Below, one piece after another: positions 53,601 to 63,999 of a stretch of 64,000 bases of DNA. The stretch spans positions 1 to 64,000 of IMG/VR virus record IMGVR_UViG_3300009432_001268; one strand, 5' to 3'. The position numbers and the translations under genes are program-made. Numbering within the stretch: position 1 is the stretch's first letter; each line of letters opens with the position of its first letter. The stretch is from a virus. The notes under the pieces are model-generated. The model was not told the origin of the DNA and did not search any database. It saw only the letters and a list, made by a program, of their open reading frames with translations.

Positions 53601-56069
53601 CAATACATAATATGCTCACTACCAACTGACCCAGCAAGTGTTGGGGACACCGCTAAAGCCGTAACCGTTGATTCACAAACATACAGGACAGACTACCAAC
53701 CTTACGTTGTGGAGATGATAAACGGAGAACGCAGCAAAAACCCACGCTTTGAGAACGATAAATTCCACAGCGAAGTGCTAATAGGAGAGAATCTTACTGA
53801 CAGTAATAAAAATCGATGGATAGCCCTATTTGCCATGAGCCCACAAGGAGTCCTATCTCAGGCATTTATTAAAAAAATATCGTTAAGTACAGAAGGCCAG
53901 AATATATTCAGTTCAGTAAACAGTATATTAATTAATAACTTAAAAACAGAAGGAAGCGACGGGGATCCGAGATTTACTCCATCCCCAACTATTCCCACGG
54001 CTGGAACACTAACTCCGTTAGCCATCGAAGCATCCCAACCCGGATTCACATGGGACGCAAGCATAAAGGGAATTCTGAGCGCAGCACCAGATAGTGAGGA
54101 CCCCAGTTACCCACTACCCATTCCCGAAGACTCTACGGAATACAGGATAACAATAAGAAAACCAGCAACAAGCAATGAACCAAACAAGCCTAACGATATA
54201 GTTTACGTAGAGATAACCGGTTATAACACCACATCAGAAAGTCCTAATTTTGTTTTTAATGAAATTTACAACAACCCTACTCTTATTAGTGGCCAAGCGA
54301 CTAATGGTACAACAAAAACCGGATACAGGTATGACCCGGAAGTAATAGGATGGAAAGATGGAGCACCAATAGATAACTGGGCAGGCAAAGACAACAATCA
54401 AAAAGATGCATCAGAAGCACAATGGCTGACTGTCCACGGGAGCGGTTTTAACATAAGCAATGACATAAACAATTTTCCCGTAAGAAATTACGATATAGTA
54501 ATTGAAGCACAAGATAGCCAAGGCAACACCAGCGCTGGTAATAAAGTATTTCAAAATACTCGATTAAAAGGAGCCACAGAAAACGGGGATGTTAAAGGTG
54601 GAGAGCCCGGTTTTGATAGCGTCAATATAAACAAATCCTACGACATCCTAGGGGTTTCCTTGGCTGCTCCCCAGTCCGTGTTCTACACCCAAATAACAGG
54701 GTCAGACTCTAACTGGAACAAACAAACACGGTACCTTACTCCAGAGACGGCATTTGACAACGATATGCCTTACCTAGCCAAAGCGCATATTTACCCCGAT
54801 GGTTGGCTTCAAACCACCATGCTTTTATCAGAGAGGGACGGGACCATTGTTAAAGACCCTCCAAACGTTGGCGTCGTTCAGGACGCGGAAGAAATAGGAA
54901 AAAAATTCACTAACGCAAAGGGAATGGTTTACTATTATACAACAGGAAACCACGAGATAGAATACATAGATACGAAGGAAGAGGGCGTCACAGTTAAAAC
55001 CACCCCACAGCTAACAAACAGCGCTCCGGCATTTAGCCTAAACATAACTACCGATACTCTAAGTAGTCCAAATAACGCAGGAACAGAACAACCACTGCAA
55101 GTAAGTAACACCGAGCACATAGCCTTTGGAGGGATTGTGAACGCCGCACAGGAAAGCAACAAAAAAGGAGATAGCCTAGTAGCAGGAAATGTTCACAGAG
55201 GGTTTTATCTTTTCTCTGATAGTGACTCCTTGGAAGCTTTACGAATTCCTTTTCCCAAAATCAGTGACCCCCGAGTATCTAACATTCAACTCTCCTATGC
55301 ACTCTTTGATGAATACCATTTGTTGAGTGCCTTCGAATCGGATGGTTCGACCCCTAAAACTGAAGCAAGATCACCTATTAGCCCGATTAACGCGCCAAAC
55401 GTTCAAAAGATATTCACGGAAAAAAATATGAATTTTTCCAAAGCTACAACCCCGATGGTTGACAACAATCTAGTAAAAACAAAAAATGGGGCTACCGCCA
55501 TATTCGGAAAACGTGCGATAGGCGTTTCACAAAGTATTTATTTATCCGAATCTAGCGTACAAAGCGCCGGTGACGCAGCCTTAGGCTTTAGAGCTTGGGG
55601 ATCGATAAATATTATACGAGGCGGAAAACTAAACGACTTAGGAAGCGGCTTAGGAGACCTTACACAAAGAATACTCGGCACAGAGTGGCCTAATGGACGA
55701 CAACCGATGGTTTTAAAAACGTTTACGCCCTCTGATGTAGTATCTATTACCGCTGAGTATGCAGGCGGAGGCTTGCTTAGGATTATTGTGAACTTAAGAG
55801 TTCCCCAAGCAATAGATAAGTCGAAAATAGCCGTTATAGCTAATGGATATTACCCTAAAGAAGGGGTTACGTGCACAGTAGATGTTGATACGCATTCCAA
55901 GTCAGATGAAATACAACTTACATATAAGTTCGTCCGTACCAAAGAGAACGTTAAATCATCCACGTCAGTTACTAAATACTGGCCAGAAGTGTTAACCGCA
56001 CCGTCAGGACATCAAGACGCTTTACAGGCGTTTAACCTTTTCTTTGGCATTCTCGCTACAAACGAATAG
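50616..56069 (+). CDS. lambda gpJ-like central tail fibre / host-specificity protein
   Basis: DLISEGEIEG, WTDNPAWCFYD.LTNPRYGLG, IDKW.LY, GCTSRGQARR, PGDV. Confidence 0.92.
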   Translation: MGSKKKQKQGRPNVTDVSAVKNAAGEYVVSRSYAEVVDLISEGEIEGIVSGSYHYEGDQVKVTAGNNPTGYIEANFTHYTATGIKSPTDAGYADQLKELGFLRSIYWNSVPVVDKDGYYNFASVNIDSSVGLPAGHKPNVNTQMNNYTGLTGEEVLDLSVYRSIGERLYGAEIEGGDLSPTDTKRATLKSGSTIDKYSKTYSILNKECSRIDLRIKIAGLFEQVQAGPKTYEKNKQLAACAGASTGYGDMKARTVAYSVYYQPIFDERFVSPSSPSAQKNQQATNKWLGPIRETVTGKLDSPYIRTTTIPPSGNFTEFNYQDLPGFEGWRIRIVRTTPESLTSFLRNTTFVDSLTEVYGTTLLYPYSSMIYSQFDARSFSRIPSRAYDAKLIKVKVPNNYDPILKTYGKSDATTHKTRTGSTLWDLFNTKTGETSNDSFWDGEFKKSYWVFPGTVASHEKFNIQGKYFLEWTDNPAWCFYDMLTNPRYGLGEYIKEKEIDKWALYEIAQYCDGLVPDSYGSLEPRFTINHIISSREEAYKVMNDLASIFRGMIFYANGSIFAVQDKFKKAVYQFNNSNVADGNFTYSSSAKKARHTVAIVRYNDKRDLFKPTIEYVENEEAVRRYGIREIETSALGCTSRGQARRFAQWILASEAEETETVSFSAGQEGAYLQPGDVVQIYDNFRSPLKYSGRTNAVIPGATSTNVVTANEITPASGNNFNSIILDQALNFTSDNLYKFSLLTPTYNYDANTDGLNTTDENEIRRSQIQNLVFSGAHVRNVTGSYRSDYMEGGSGVCTQIFFNTGTYFGGMDNSLNFDDYVVTGYTNTGVNTNNLYNTSESYSGGCFSGENLVWSIEPDDSNDTEFISGNFSNYRIINVKESEENTYEVSALAYSTGKYNKIEDSVKLEGKNVDKSPLFNTGQQDTENPIPAGTKTYALPVDKDGALSVIPGTAYSTTTAQSNYTTIDIKFDQAGYARDESDDLKLIDEKANNELQYIICSLPTDPASVGDTAKAVTVDSQTYRTDYQPYVVEMINGERSKNPRFENDKFHSEVLIGENLTDSNKNRWIALFAMSPQGVLSQAFIKKISLSTEGQNIFSSVNSILINNLKTEGSDGDPRFTPSPTIPTAGTLTPLAIEASQPGFTWDASIKGILSAAPDSEDPSYPLPIPEDSTEYRITIRKPATSNEPNKPNDIVYVEITGYNTTSESPNFVFNEIYNNPTLISGQATNGTTKTGYRYDPEVIGWKDGAPIDNWAGKDNNQKDASEAQWLTVHGSGFNISNDINNFPVRNYDIVIEAQDSQGNTSAGNKVFQNTRLKGATENGDVKGGEPGFDSVNINKSYDILGVSLAAPQSVFYTQITGSDSNWNKQTRYLTPETAFDNDMPYLAKAHIYPDGWLQTTMLLSERDGTIVKDPPNVGVVQDAEEIGKKFTNAKGMVYYYTTGNHEIEYIDTKEEGVTVKTTPQLTNSAPAFSLNITTDTLSSPNNAGTEQPLQVSNTEHIAFGGIVNAAQESNKKGDSLVAGNVHRGFYLFSDSDSLEALRIPFPKISDPRVSNIQLSYALFDEYHLLSAFESDGSTPKTEARSPISPINAPNVQKIFTEKNMNFSKATTPMVDNNLVKTKNGATAIFGKRAIGVSQSIYLSESSVQSAGDAALGFRAWGSINIIRGGKLNDLGSGLGDLTQRILGTEWPNGRQPMVLKTFTPSDVVSITAEYAGGGLLRIIVNLRVPQAIDKSKIAVIANGYYPKEGVTCTVDVDTHSKSDEIQLTYKFVRTKENVKSSTSVTKYWPEVLTAPSGHQDALQAFNLFFGILATNE

Positions 56070-56077
56070 AATAAGAC

Positions 56078-56947
56078 ATGAAGCCCGAAATATTTGAGGC
56101 GTCCGTTGAAAAAGGAAGCAATAAATTATTTGTTATTTCCCATCGACAAGTGGGCGTAAGAAACGGAGCTTTCATTAAATTGGGTGTAAACGATATCTTT
56201 TACCGCGCCGAAAACTCAGAGACAATAAACCTAAGAAGGAAGTTCACGGCGGAAGATAAAGTCCTCACTATCAAAGGGAACTACAACTATAAGTTAACCT
56301 CTGGAGACTCACTAAATATAAAATATGAGGAGTACGAAGCTGTATCGGTTTCAGCTATAGAACCTCATTCAGGGAAATATTCAGTGGGGCAGAAGATATA
56401 TGCGCAGGGAGGAACAACGTCCAGCTCTGCCGAAAATGTAACCGGCGAATACACAGAGCTAGAAGTGGAAAAAATTAATGATGAAGGACAAATTCTTTCC
56501 CTCTCAATTTCAAAACCGGGTAAGTACATAACTCCCCCCGAAAGCCCTGTGGAAATAATGAACGAGGAAGGCAAGATAACTAAAGCTACAATAGAATTTG
56601 ATTATTCCTCTGAATCTTCGGCGATTGAAAGGGGCCTTACTTTCGTAGAGGGAGAATCCACCACGACAAGACTGGGAATAGCTTACCCACTTCCCTCGGC
56701 AATCAAAGAGGGAGAATTTACCTTATCTAAACAGATTATCTATCTAGATAAAGCTTACGCAGGTGAATCTTTAGATGGAGATACGTGTCAGATAACCTTT
56801 GATTATTCTCCTGTTAATGGAATACCCCTACTTCCGCCGAATAGTATAGACCCCCAATCCACTTACAACGAAGCCGTGAAGATAATTGATCAGAAATTTC
56901 TTGAGTTCGAAAAGAGAATTAAAAATCTAGAGAATAGAAACTATTAA
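56078..56947 (+). CDS. hypothetical tail-associated protein
   Basis: Follows gpJ; beta-rich with a C-terminal coiled coil. Confidence 0.6.
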   Translation: MKPEIFEASVEKGSNKLFVISHRQVGVRNGAFIKLGVNDIFYRAENSETINLRRKFTAEDKVLTIKGNYNYKLTSGDSLNIKYEEYEAVSVSAIEPHSGKYSVGQKIYAQGGTTSSSAENVTGEYTELEVEKINDEGQILSLSISKPGKYITPPESPVEIMNEEGKITKATIEFDYSSESSAIERGLTFVEGESTTTRLGIAYPLPSAIKEGEFTLSKQIIYLDKAYAGESLDGDTCQITFDYSPVNGIPLLPPNSIDPQSTYNEAVKIIDQKFLEFEKRIKNLENRNY

Positions 56948-59900
56948 GAATTTGCTTGCAACAATCCTCCGGGTCTTTGTTGTTTCACTATCTCATCAAG
57001 AACAACTCCCTGCAGAATCTTTCCAAACTCCTTGCTCTGATTAGCCTGTTCATTTTCTTCTCTTTCTCCTCCGCCTCCACTTCCCGTATCGGCGCTTGCA
57101 TCCGCTTTACCAGTCTTGTCAATGTTAACACTAATCTTAACGTTGTTTGTGGTGTTACCGCCAATCGAAGTTTCGCTGTGAGGTCCTTGGTTACCAGCCG
57201 AAGCTCCACCCACTGGACCTCCGCTTGCGTAGCTTGGGACATTACCCCTGTTTAATTCGTGCATGAAGTTCGCACCATGCGTACGAACAGTTTCGGGGCT
57301 CATTATATACTCTCCACCCATCACCATCGCAGGGCTACCACTTGCGCTGCCTCCGTTTGCGTAATGCTGGTAGCCGCCCAAAGCGCCTCCGGGAGGACCT
57401 TTATGAATAACATGATCTAAAGAAACAGGACGATTATAACCACTATCAGCACCAATTCCCGCTCCCATTCCTCTTAACATATCGGCACTTCCCGGTGTCG
57501 AAATAACCGAATTGTTGTAATTGCTGTTCCAAGTTCCAGACATCAAGCTAGAACCGGTTCCCGTTCCGTACCCTTTGTTGCCGAACCCCATATCCTTCAA
57601 CCCATAAGCTTGCCCGCCACTACCTTCAAAAGAACTATACGTTTGGCCTCCGGGACCCGCCACGTCCGGACCCGGAGCTTTCGGACCAAAAAGCTTAGCA
57701 CCACCAATCATCATGGCGGCATTCATGTAGGCACCAACTAACCTTTGCTTCTTTTGCTTCTTAACTGCATCAATTTGAGCCTTACGGCTTGCAGTCTCGG
57801 TCGCTAAGTAATCTTGATATTTAGCCATTGATTGCTCTTTACCAAACATCCTACCAGTTTGGGGATCATCCTCACCTAACCTACCCATTAATGAAAGCCC
57901 ACTACTCACCTCAAAACGTCCTTCCGTAGGCCTTGATCTTTCGCTAATCAATCTTCCTGTTTCCGGATCACGACGATAATAAGAAAACCCCTTTCCAAGA
58001 GAAACCCCTGCTCTTCCGCCGCCACCGGTAACCATGTCTCCTTGTCCCGCGTCTGGATCAGCCCCGCCAAAGAAGCCGTGTTTGCCCCTGCCCAAACCAT
58101 AATCTCGCGAAGGTAAAGGTTTCGGAGCTCCGGGCTGCATAGCCGACCCTATAACACCGGATAGAGCACTCGCGCCCATTGCAACCATACCCATTGTCCC
58201 CATGCTTGGCCCACCTCCTTTGGCTGGACCTCCCTCCGCGTAACCATTTATAGCATTTAATTTTCCATACCCAATTTTTTGCGCTGAAGATTTTTTAATT
58301 ACAAATTCGCCGCCCTGCATCATTGTTGGGACGTCATCTTTGTACCCAGAACCTCCCGTAACAACACCGCCCGCTGCATAACCGGGGACAGCACCTCCCT
58401 GCGAAAACATCTTGCTAAACATCATGTTTGAAAACATGTTTGCGGATATACTCGATATAGAATTAAGAATACTTTGAGCCATGTTAGCCAAGGCTCCCTC
58501 AACACTATTCGCCCCACTCGCCATAGACTGAAATGCATCGGCGAAAGATGACTTCATATTTTTAGCAACATCTTTTACTCCACTATCAAACTCAAGTAAC
58601 GCGTCGTTTTCTCCGTAAGCGAAGGATTCCCCGAAAGAAGCGGCAGGATTTAACGTCCCCGTTCCAGCACGAAAAGCTTTCATTCGGGCGTCTTGTTTAG
58701 CTGAAGCGATTTCCTGTTCGGTCACTCCAAAACGTTGCCCTGCGTAACCGGGGGCACGACCTTGTTGCATCGCCCTAAGCCCGGCGGGAACATTTGCAGC
58801 TGTTTCCGCTGCATTAATAAGTATACCTGCTCTTTTTCTATACTGAAATTGTTGGGCTGCGTTGTATAAATCGTTTAAAGATTTGGTACTTTTCGTTAGG
58901 TTTTCGGTGTTTGCTTTTTGGGCAGCGTTAGCCTCTGTGATCTTGATCCCACTTTTACTCCTAGCGTCAGCTTCACCGTCTATTGAGGTTTTCAGGTAGG
59001 CCAATAACAACTTGTCTTGAGCGCTTATGTTGTCACTTGTCTCCAAATCCGTTCTGGTTTTTTGCGCCAACCTAGGGTCATCTTGCACGGCCTTGAGGCG
59101 AGCTTTAATACCCTCTCTCTCCGGAGTCCCTATATCATCAGCTTTAATGAGGTTGTCCATGAAGGTCTTTTCAGCCTTCGCCGTTAAGAGCACCAGAGCT
59201 TCCTTTTGCTGCAGGTTCACCTTGTCTATCGCTAAACCCTTTTCTTTTAAGATCCTATCTTGCTCTAAGAGAGCTTTGGACTTAATCAACTCTTTCCCAA
59301 ACTCGGTAGCCCCGATCATTGTTTGAGCTAATCTATTTTCTAAATTCTCTGATGCCCCTCGACGAGTTAAGTCTCCCATTCCCGTAGTAAGCCTAGCCGC
59401 TGATGCCCTACCTTCGGCGGCAGCTCGCTGACTTCCCCTAAAGGATCCCTCTTGAGACAGGCGAAGCTTTCGCTTCGCTTCAAGTGGGTCCTCTTGGGGT
59501 CCAATGACTGCTTTCTCATACGACTCCAGAAGGTCAGGATTCAAAGACCCTGCCCCCTCGAACTGATTGCGCATGACAAATTCTCTCCCCTTATTTTGTG
59601 CGTCGGTAGTTCCTTCTCCCCCCGGACCGAATTTTTCCCCAAAAGCTTTACCCAAAGGCGCGTACCCAGAGTCCTGAAGTAAACCCGACATAGCCATGGC
59701 CTTCTCATTGTCTGGTAGTTGTTGGATTAATCTAACACGCTCTACCCCCGTCATTTTTTGAAGATATTTGCCCCTTACTTGAGTCGTGGTTTTAGTAAGA
59801 ACATCCGCCATAATAGTGGGATCTATCAGGCCTCTAGTAAATGTTTGTGCGGCGTCTCTGGTTTTTGGGTCATCTTTAACGACGCTCATCATATCGGCCG

Positions 59901-62900
59901 CCGTAAAACCGCCGAATCCACCACTCCTACCTTTCGCCTCACCGGAAGGAGAAAGTCTAGCTTCGGTGAACTTTGTAGCGTCAAAGTCTTTTGTTTTACC
60001 CGTAAACAACGCCGCCATTTCTTTCTGTGCTTGGACTTTAGTCATTTTAGCCTGAAGCTCCGTTAAAGCCTTCGAGCTAGGAACGCCCTTAGAAAACATC
60101 TTTCCTGCGGTAGGAATATTTGTTTCTATTTCTTTTACAAGATGTTTGAATATGGGTTGCTCGCTGCCTTTTAACTCGACCAACATGGCTTCTCGCTGCT
60201 GGTCTATCTTGGCTAAAGCCTCGATCCTTTTCTTAGGCGTCATCGAATCAAAATTCTTTAGTTCCTCTAGTCCGCTCACCAACTGATTAATATTTTCATT
60301 TACGACAGTAACGGTTTTCCCCAAATCCTCCAAGAATTTATCGGTTCCATCATCCATCAGGGTCATTATGTCGCTGAAAGAAGCGGCCAGTCCAATAGCC
60401 GCTCCTATAGCGGCTCCCGGCACCGCACCTATCCCGCCAGCAGGAGCACCCATACTCGCTCCCATTCCAGCAAACATTCCTACGTTAGCCAAAACCCCTA
60501 CCCCCGCTCCAACTTTAGCATTATCACTTTGAGCAGCCGCTCCTGTCACGGCAGAATAAGCCATAAAACCACCCATTCCAACGGCAGTTCCGTGCTTCTC
60601 CATGAAGTCAGCCATTCTTGATGTAGACTCGGCTGTTGAAGCTGTTGCTTTAGCGGTATCAGTTGCAAGTCTGGACTGCTTCGCCCCTGCTGATGGAAAT
60701 TTCTTTCGAAAAGCGTAATTAGGTACAACCCCTTGAGCAGCTCCATGCGTTTGGGGATTTATGCCCATAGATTTGGACCGGCTAATACCCTGACTTAAAC
60801 CACCGGGTTCATGTATAGTATTATAAACCCCAACGCCCCCGGGATTGCCCGCCGACTTCAAGGCCCCATTGTTGCCGACTCTTATAGCCGAAGCAGGAAC
60901 TCCAGCCTGCATTTCTCTGCTTACGGCGGAAGTTAAAGGCGAAAAGTTTGGAACAAAACCCATAGCTTTTCCTTTGCCAGTAAACTGACCCATTTTACCC
61001 ATATATAATTGAGTCAGTAACCTTTCCCCGACCTTACTCGTTCCCGGATCATTGAAGTACTTCTTCGGCATTTCTCCACCTTGGGCAGATTTCAACCTCC
61101 GTTTAGCATCGATACGAGTGATCGGCACTCCAAAAATCTTAGCCATAGCATCGCTTGGCTTAGCTCCAGATTCGAAATCAAATGCTGCACCGGGAATGGC
61201 TTGAGCAGCTTTCATTGACATTCTCATTGCTTCTTCGAAAATGCCGCCTTCAATACCGGCTTCTAATCTCCCCATTTTACCGGGCATCCCTTCTATGCCC
61301 ATTTTTTTCATCATGGTGGCGGAAAGGCTATTCATCCCCTTACTAAGATTAGCATCTATATCCCCAGCGAACAACTGTTCTGCAGTAGCTTCTGAACTTG
61401 GAGACTGAAAGCTTTTAGCTCTTATCCCGCGTAAAACAATTGTGGCGTTATCTTTAGCAAGTTGTTTTCCTATTTTACTTTTTCTCAAACCTACCAAACT
61501 GGAAGCTTGTGCTGAAGCGTTAAAACTTTTAGTGCCTCTTTCGTCATAACCCAATAAAACCCCTATATCATTAGCAGGTAGGGTATATGTTGCTTCCTTT
61601 CCCCCTATTCCTGCTTTTTTATTTCTTGTAGCCCAAGGACTAGAAGCTCCTTTCTTAAATGCGAAATTTGGGACAAATCCGCTAGCGGCATAAGGATCAA
61701 AACCATGCGCAGCACCAAAAGCTGATTGGTATCCAGCACCCGCGGAACTTCCTTGGGGAGGCATAATAGCAGACTGACTCATGCCGGGGAAACGTTTAAC
61801 AGTTTCAGCCGAATTATACATCATGGTTCCAGCTCCGGGTTGATTCATCGTCCTTATTGCCCCTGCCTGATAACCCCCAGCCGCCGCAGCCGCCCTCTCT
61901 GATCCAGCATTTGCGAAGTTAGGAATGAAACCCGACGCGCTTCCGGGACCACCTTTCATAAAAGCTCCCCCACTTTGTCCTACGCGAGCCCCTCTAGCGT
62001 AAAGAGCACGGCCAATCGGGGCAGCGGTAAGAGCCATAGACCTCCTTTCAGCAGCCTGTAGTCTTATAGTGCTAAGTATTTTCTTTTCGTACGTATAGAC
62101 ATCAAATGTTCCCGATTTAATTTGAGCTAGTATACCGGGCTCTTGCGCCATGGTTAACACCACAGCTTCTTCTAAAGCAGCCCTTTGTTTTGTGGCGTTA
62201 TTAATGCCAAGGACATCTTTTAATGCGCTGGTAGCGAACTTACCTAAGCTGATAGCCAGTTTACCAAATATAGCAACCGCGAACACCAAACCGGGACCGG
62301 AAATAAATTTACCTATGCCATCCATTAAACCCTTACCTATTGTTTTTCCGAAGCCCTCCATGGCACCATCTTTACCAAACGATTCTATCGTGGTGTTAAC
62401 CACCCCAAGTATATTCTCTATCGCAGGACCAAGGGCCCCTCCTCCCAAAGATGCTCCAGCTTGAGTGAGATTCGCAAGAGTACGGTTAACTAACGCGTCT
62501 AAGCTCTGATTTAATTGCTCATTTCTTTTGTAAGCTTCGTTAGTGGCTGAATTAGCAGTATCCAAGGCTCTTTTATAATTGGAGGTTTGGGAAGACAGAT
62601 CTGACATCGCAGCTTTCAAAATGTTTATCTGGAAAACACCAGCCACACTTTCCCCGACAGAGGCCTGTTGGGATTTAGTCAAGGTGCCGAACTTTTTAGA
62701 TAAGTTCTCCATGACCTGAATACCACTAAGCATCTTACCGCTCATGTCTTCTGTCGCAACGCCGAAACCTTTCAGTTTTGATTGAACATCACTACGTTGA
62801 ATACGGGTAAAGATGGTTTTGAACGCGTTACCAATGACAGCACCGCCTCGAGCTGTTTTTTGCTGCACGGCAGTTGTTATAGCCATCAACTCGTTCAGGT

Positions 62901-63606
62901 TAACCCCAGCATCCACCGCCGAAGAACCAACACGAGAAATTGATTTCGCTAAATCCTCTGAACTAACAGCAAAAGCCGCATCAACCTTGGCCATCCTGTT
63001 AATGACTTGAGCTGAAGTAACTCCTTCCTTATTAAAGGAGTTTACCGCTGCGGTAAGAGACTTGACTGCGTCCGCCGCGTTCATTCCCGTTAAACGCGTA
63101 AGGATAAGAGCATCCTTTGTTCGCATTAGAGTTTTTTCCATCCCCAAGCCTTGACGAGCTAATTCCGTAGCTGCCTCGGCCACGACATCGAACCCTTGAG
63201 CCGTTTCTCTTGATACCTTGAACATCCCTTGTCCAAACTTTGCAAGGTTTTTGGTCGAAGCATTCATGACGACGTTAACGTCTGCCATCGCTTTTTCTAC
63301 TTTTATTGCCGAAGACACCATCGCCTTCAAGGCGCGGTCAACCACCATTATTAATCCAGCGGATGCACCAAAAGCTATAACACGGGCATTTGAAGCTTCT
63401 AGGGATTTATTAAACTCATCAGCTTTTACTGTAGCTTTGGAAAGACCCGAGCCAAGAGCTCGAACCTTGTCTCCCCCTCCTCCCCCTCCGAAAGCCTTCC
63501 CCATGGTTTTACCCATGTCCCCCAACTTACGATTAATCTTTGCGATTTCTCGTTCGGCTTGCTTAGTAGCAAGCATAAGATCGACCGTTATTTTATCCCT
63601 AGCCAT
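56944..63606 (-). CDS. tail tape measure protein (TP901-like core), 2220 aa
   Basis: ELARQG, VDAAFAVSSEDLA, G..IGNAFKTIFTR; long A/G-rich helical body; C-terminal GG...GE(F/Y)(V/I) motifs. Confidence 0.92.
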   Translation of the reverse strand: MARDKITVDLMLATKQAEREIAKINRKLGDMGKTMGKAFGGGGGGDKVRALGSGLSKATVKADEFNKSLEASNARVIAFGASAGLIMVVDRALKAMVSSAIKVEKAMADVNVVMNASTKNLAKFGQGMFKVSRETAQGFDVVAEAATELARQGLGMEKTLMRTKDALILTRLTGMNAADAVKSLTAAVNSFNKEGVTSAQVINRMAKVDAAFAVSSEDLAKSISRVGSSAVDAGVNLNELMAITTAVQQKTARGGAVIGNAFKTIFTRIQRSDVQSKLKGFGVATEDMSGKMLSGIQVMENLSKKFGTLTKSQQASVGESVAGVFQINILKAAMSDLSSQTSNYKRALDTANSATNEAYKRNEQLNQSLDALVNRTLANLTQAGASLGGGALGPAIENILGVVNTTIESFGKDGAMEGFGKTIGKGLMDGIGKFISGPGLVFAVAIFGKLAISLGKFATSALKDVLGINNATKQRAALEEAVVLTMAQEPGILAQIKSGTFDVYTYEKKILSTIRLQAAERRSMALTAAPIGRALYARGARVGQSGGAFMKGGPGSASGFIPNFANAGSERAAAAAGGYQAGAIRTMNQPGAGTMMYNSAETVKRFPGMSQSAIMPPQGSSAGAGYQSAFGAAHGFDPYAASGFVPNFAFKKGASSPWATRNKKAGIGGKEATYTLPANDIGVLLGYDERGTKSFNASAQASSLVGLRKSKIGKQLAKDNATIVLRGIRAKSFQSPSSEATAEQLFAGDIDANLSKGMNSLSATMMKKMGIEGMPGKMGRLEAGIEGGIFEEAMRMSMKAAQAIPGAAFDFESGAKPSDAMAKIFGVPITRIDAKRRLKSAQGGEMPKKYFNDPGTSKVGERLLTQLYMGKMGQFTGKGKAMGFVPNFSPLTSAVSREMQAGVPASAIRVGNNGALKSAGNPGGVGVYNTIHEPGGLSQGISRSKSMGINPQTHGAAQGVVPNYAFRKKFPSAGAKQSRLATDTAKATASTAESTSRMADFMEKHGTAVGMGGFMAYSAVTGAAAQSDNAKVGAGVGVLANVGMFAGMGASMGAPAGGIGAVPGAAIGAAIGLAASFSDIMTLMDDGTDKFLEDLGKTVTVVNENINQLVSGLEELKNFDSMTPKKRIEALAKIDQQREAMLVELKGSEQPIFKHLVKEIETNIPTAGKMFSKGVPSSKALTELQAKMTKVQAQKEMAALFTGKTKDFDATKFTEARLSPSGEAKGRSGGFGGFTAADMMSVVKDDPKTRDAAQTFTRGLIDPTIMADVLTKTTTQVRGKYLQKMTGVERVRLIQQLPDNEKAMAMSGLLQDSGYAPLGKAFGEKFGPGGEGTTDAQNKGREFVMRNQFEGAGSLNPDLLESYEKAVIGPQEDPLEAKRKLRLSQEGSFRGSQRAAAEGRASAARLTTGMGDLTRRGASENLENRLAQTMIGATEFGKELIKSKALLEQDRILKEKGLAIDKVNLQQKEALVLLTAKAEKTFMDNLIKADDIGTPEREGIKARLKAVQDDPRLAQKTRTDLETSDNISAQDKLLLAYLKTSIDGEADARSKSGIKITEANAAQKANTENLTKSTKSLNDLYNAAQQFQYRKRAGILINAAETAANVPAGLRAMQQGRAPGYAGQRFGVTEQEIASAKQDARMKAFRAGTGTLNPAASFGESFAYGENDALLEFDSGVKDVAKNMKSSFADAFQSMASGANSVEGALANMAQSILNSISSISANMFSNMMFSKMFSQGGAVPGYAAGGVVTGGSGYKDDVPTMMQGGEFVIKKSSAQKIGYGKLNAINGYAEGGPAKGGGPSMGTMGMVAMGASALSGVIGSAMQPGAPKPLPSRDYGLGRGKHGFFGGADPDAGQGDMVTGGGGRAGVSLGKGFSYYRRDPETGRLISERSRPTEGRFEVSSGLSLMGRLGEDDPQTGRMFGKEQSMAKYQDYLATETASRKAQIDAVKKQKKQRLVGAYMNAAMMIGGAKLFGPKAPGPDVAGPGGQTYSSFEGSGGQAYGLKDMGFGNKGYGTGTGSSLMSGTWNSNYNNSVISTPGSADMLRGMGAGIGADSGYNRPVSLDHVIHKGPPGGALGGYQHYANGGSASGSPAMVMGGEYIMSPETVRTHGANFMHELNRGNVPSYASGGPVGGASAGNQGPHSETSIGGNTTNNVKISVNIDKTGKADASADTGSGGGGEREENEQANQSKEFGKILQGVVLDEIVKQQRPGGLLQANS

Positions 63607-63619
63607 ATTCCTAAGGATA

Positions 63620-63626
63620 ATTACAC
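63620..63626 (-). promoter_or_regulatory. GTGTAAT phage promoter motif
   Basis: In a 27-nt gap, 13 nt before the tape measure ATG. Confidence 0.55.
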
Positions 63627-63633
63627 TATTTTC

Positions 63634-63999
63634 TTAAGATACTCCGTGGATTTTCATCATGTCTTCCATATTAAGCCTACCGCCCTTCTCAGCGGCTTTT
63701 TTAGCGAGATTAATAGTCTCATTAGGGTCATCCAAACCAAGACGTTTAAGGTCTTGCTTTGTTGCTCCTACAAGAGACTGGGCACCGCCTTCTTGTCCAG
63801 CCACTTTGGACTTGTCAAGGGTTTCTTTGGCGCTTTTAGAAGATTCAAACCACTCTACCATCTTTTCCGGATCACCCGATATTTCATCGGGAGGTTTGTT
63901 GTCTGAATTTTCAATCAAACTCTTGTAATATCTCCCATAACCGAAGAGCTCTATCTGATAAAAGCTTAATTGAACCAAAGGCTTCCCAAAGAAAGAGTA
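63634..63999 (-). CDS. partial gene upstream of the tape measure (possible tail assembly chaperone)
   Basis: Frame is open to the window edge; function inferred from position only. Confidence 0.55.
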   Translation of the reverse strand, partial: YSFFGKPLVQLSFYQIELFGYGRYYKSLIENSDNKPPDEISGDPEKMVEWFESSKSAKETLDKSKVAGQEGGAQSLVGATKQDLKRLGLDDPNETINLAKKAAEKGGRLNMEDMMKIHGVS

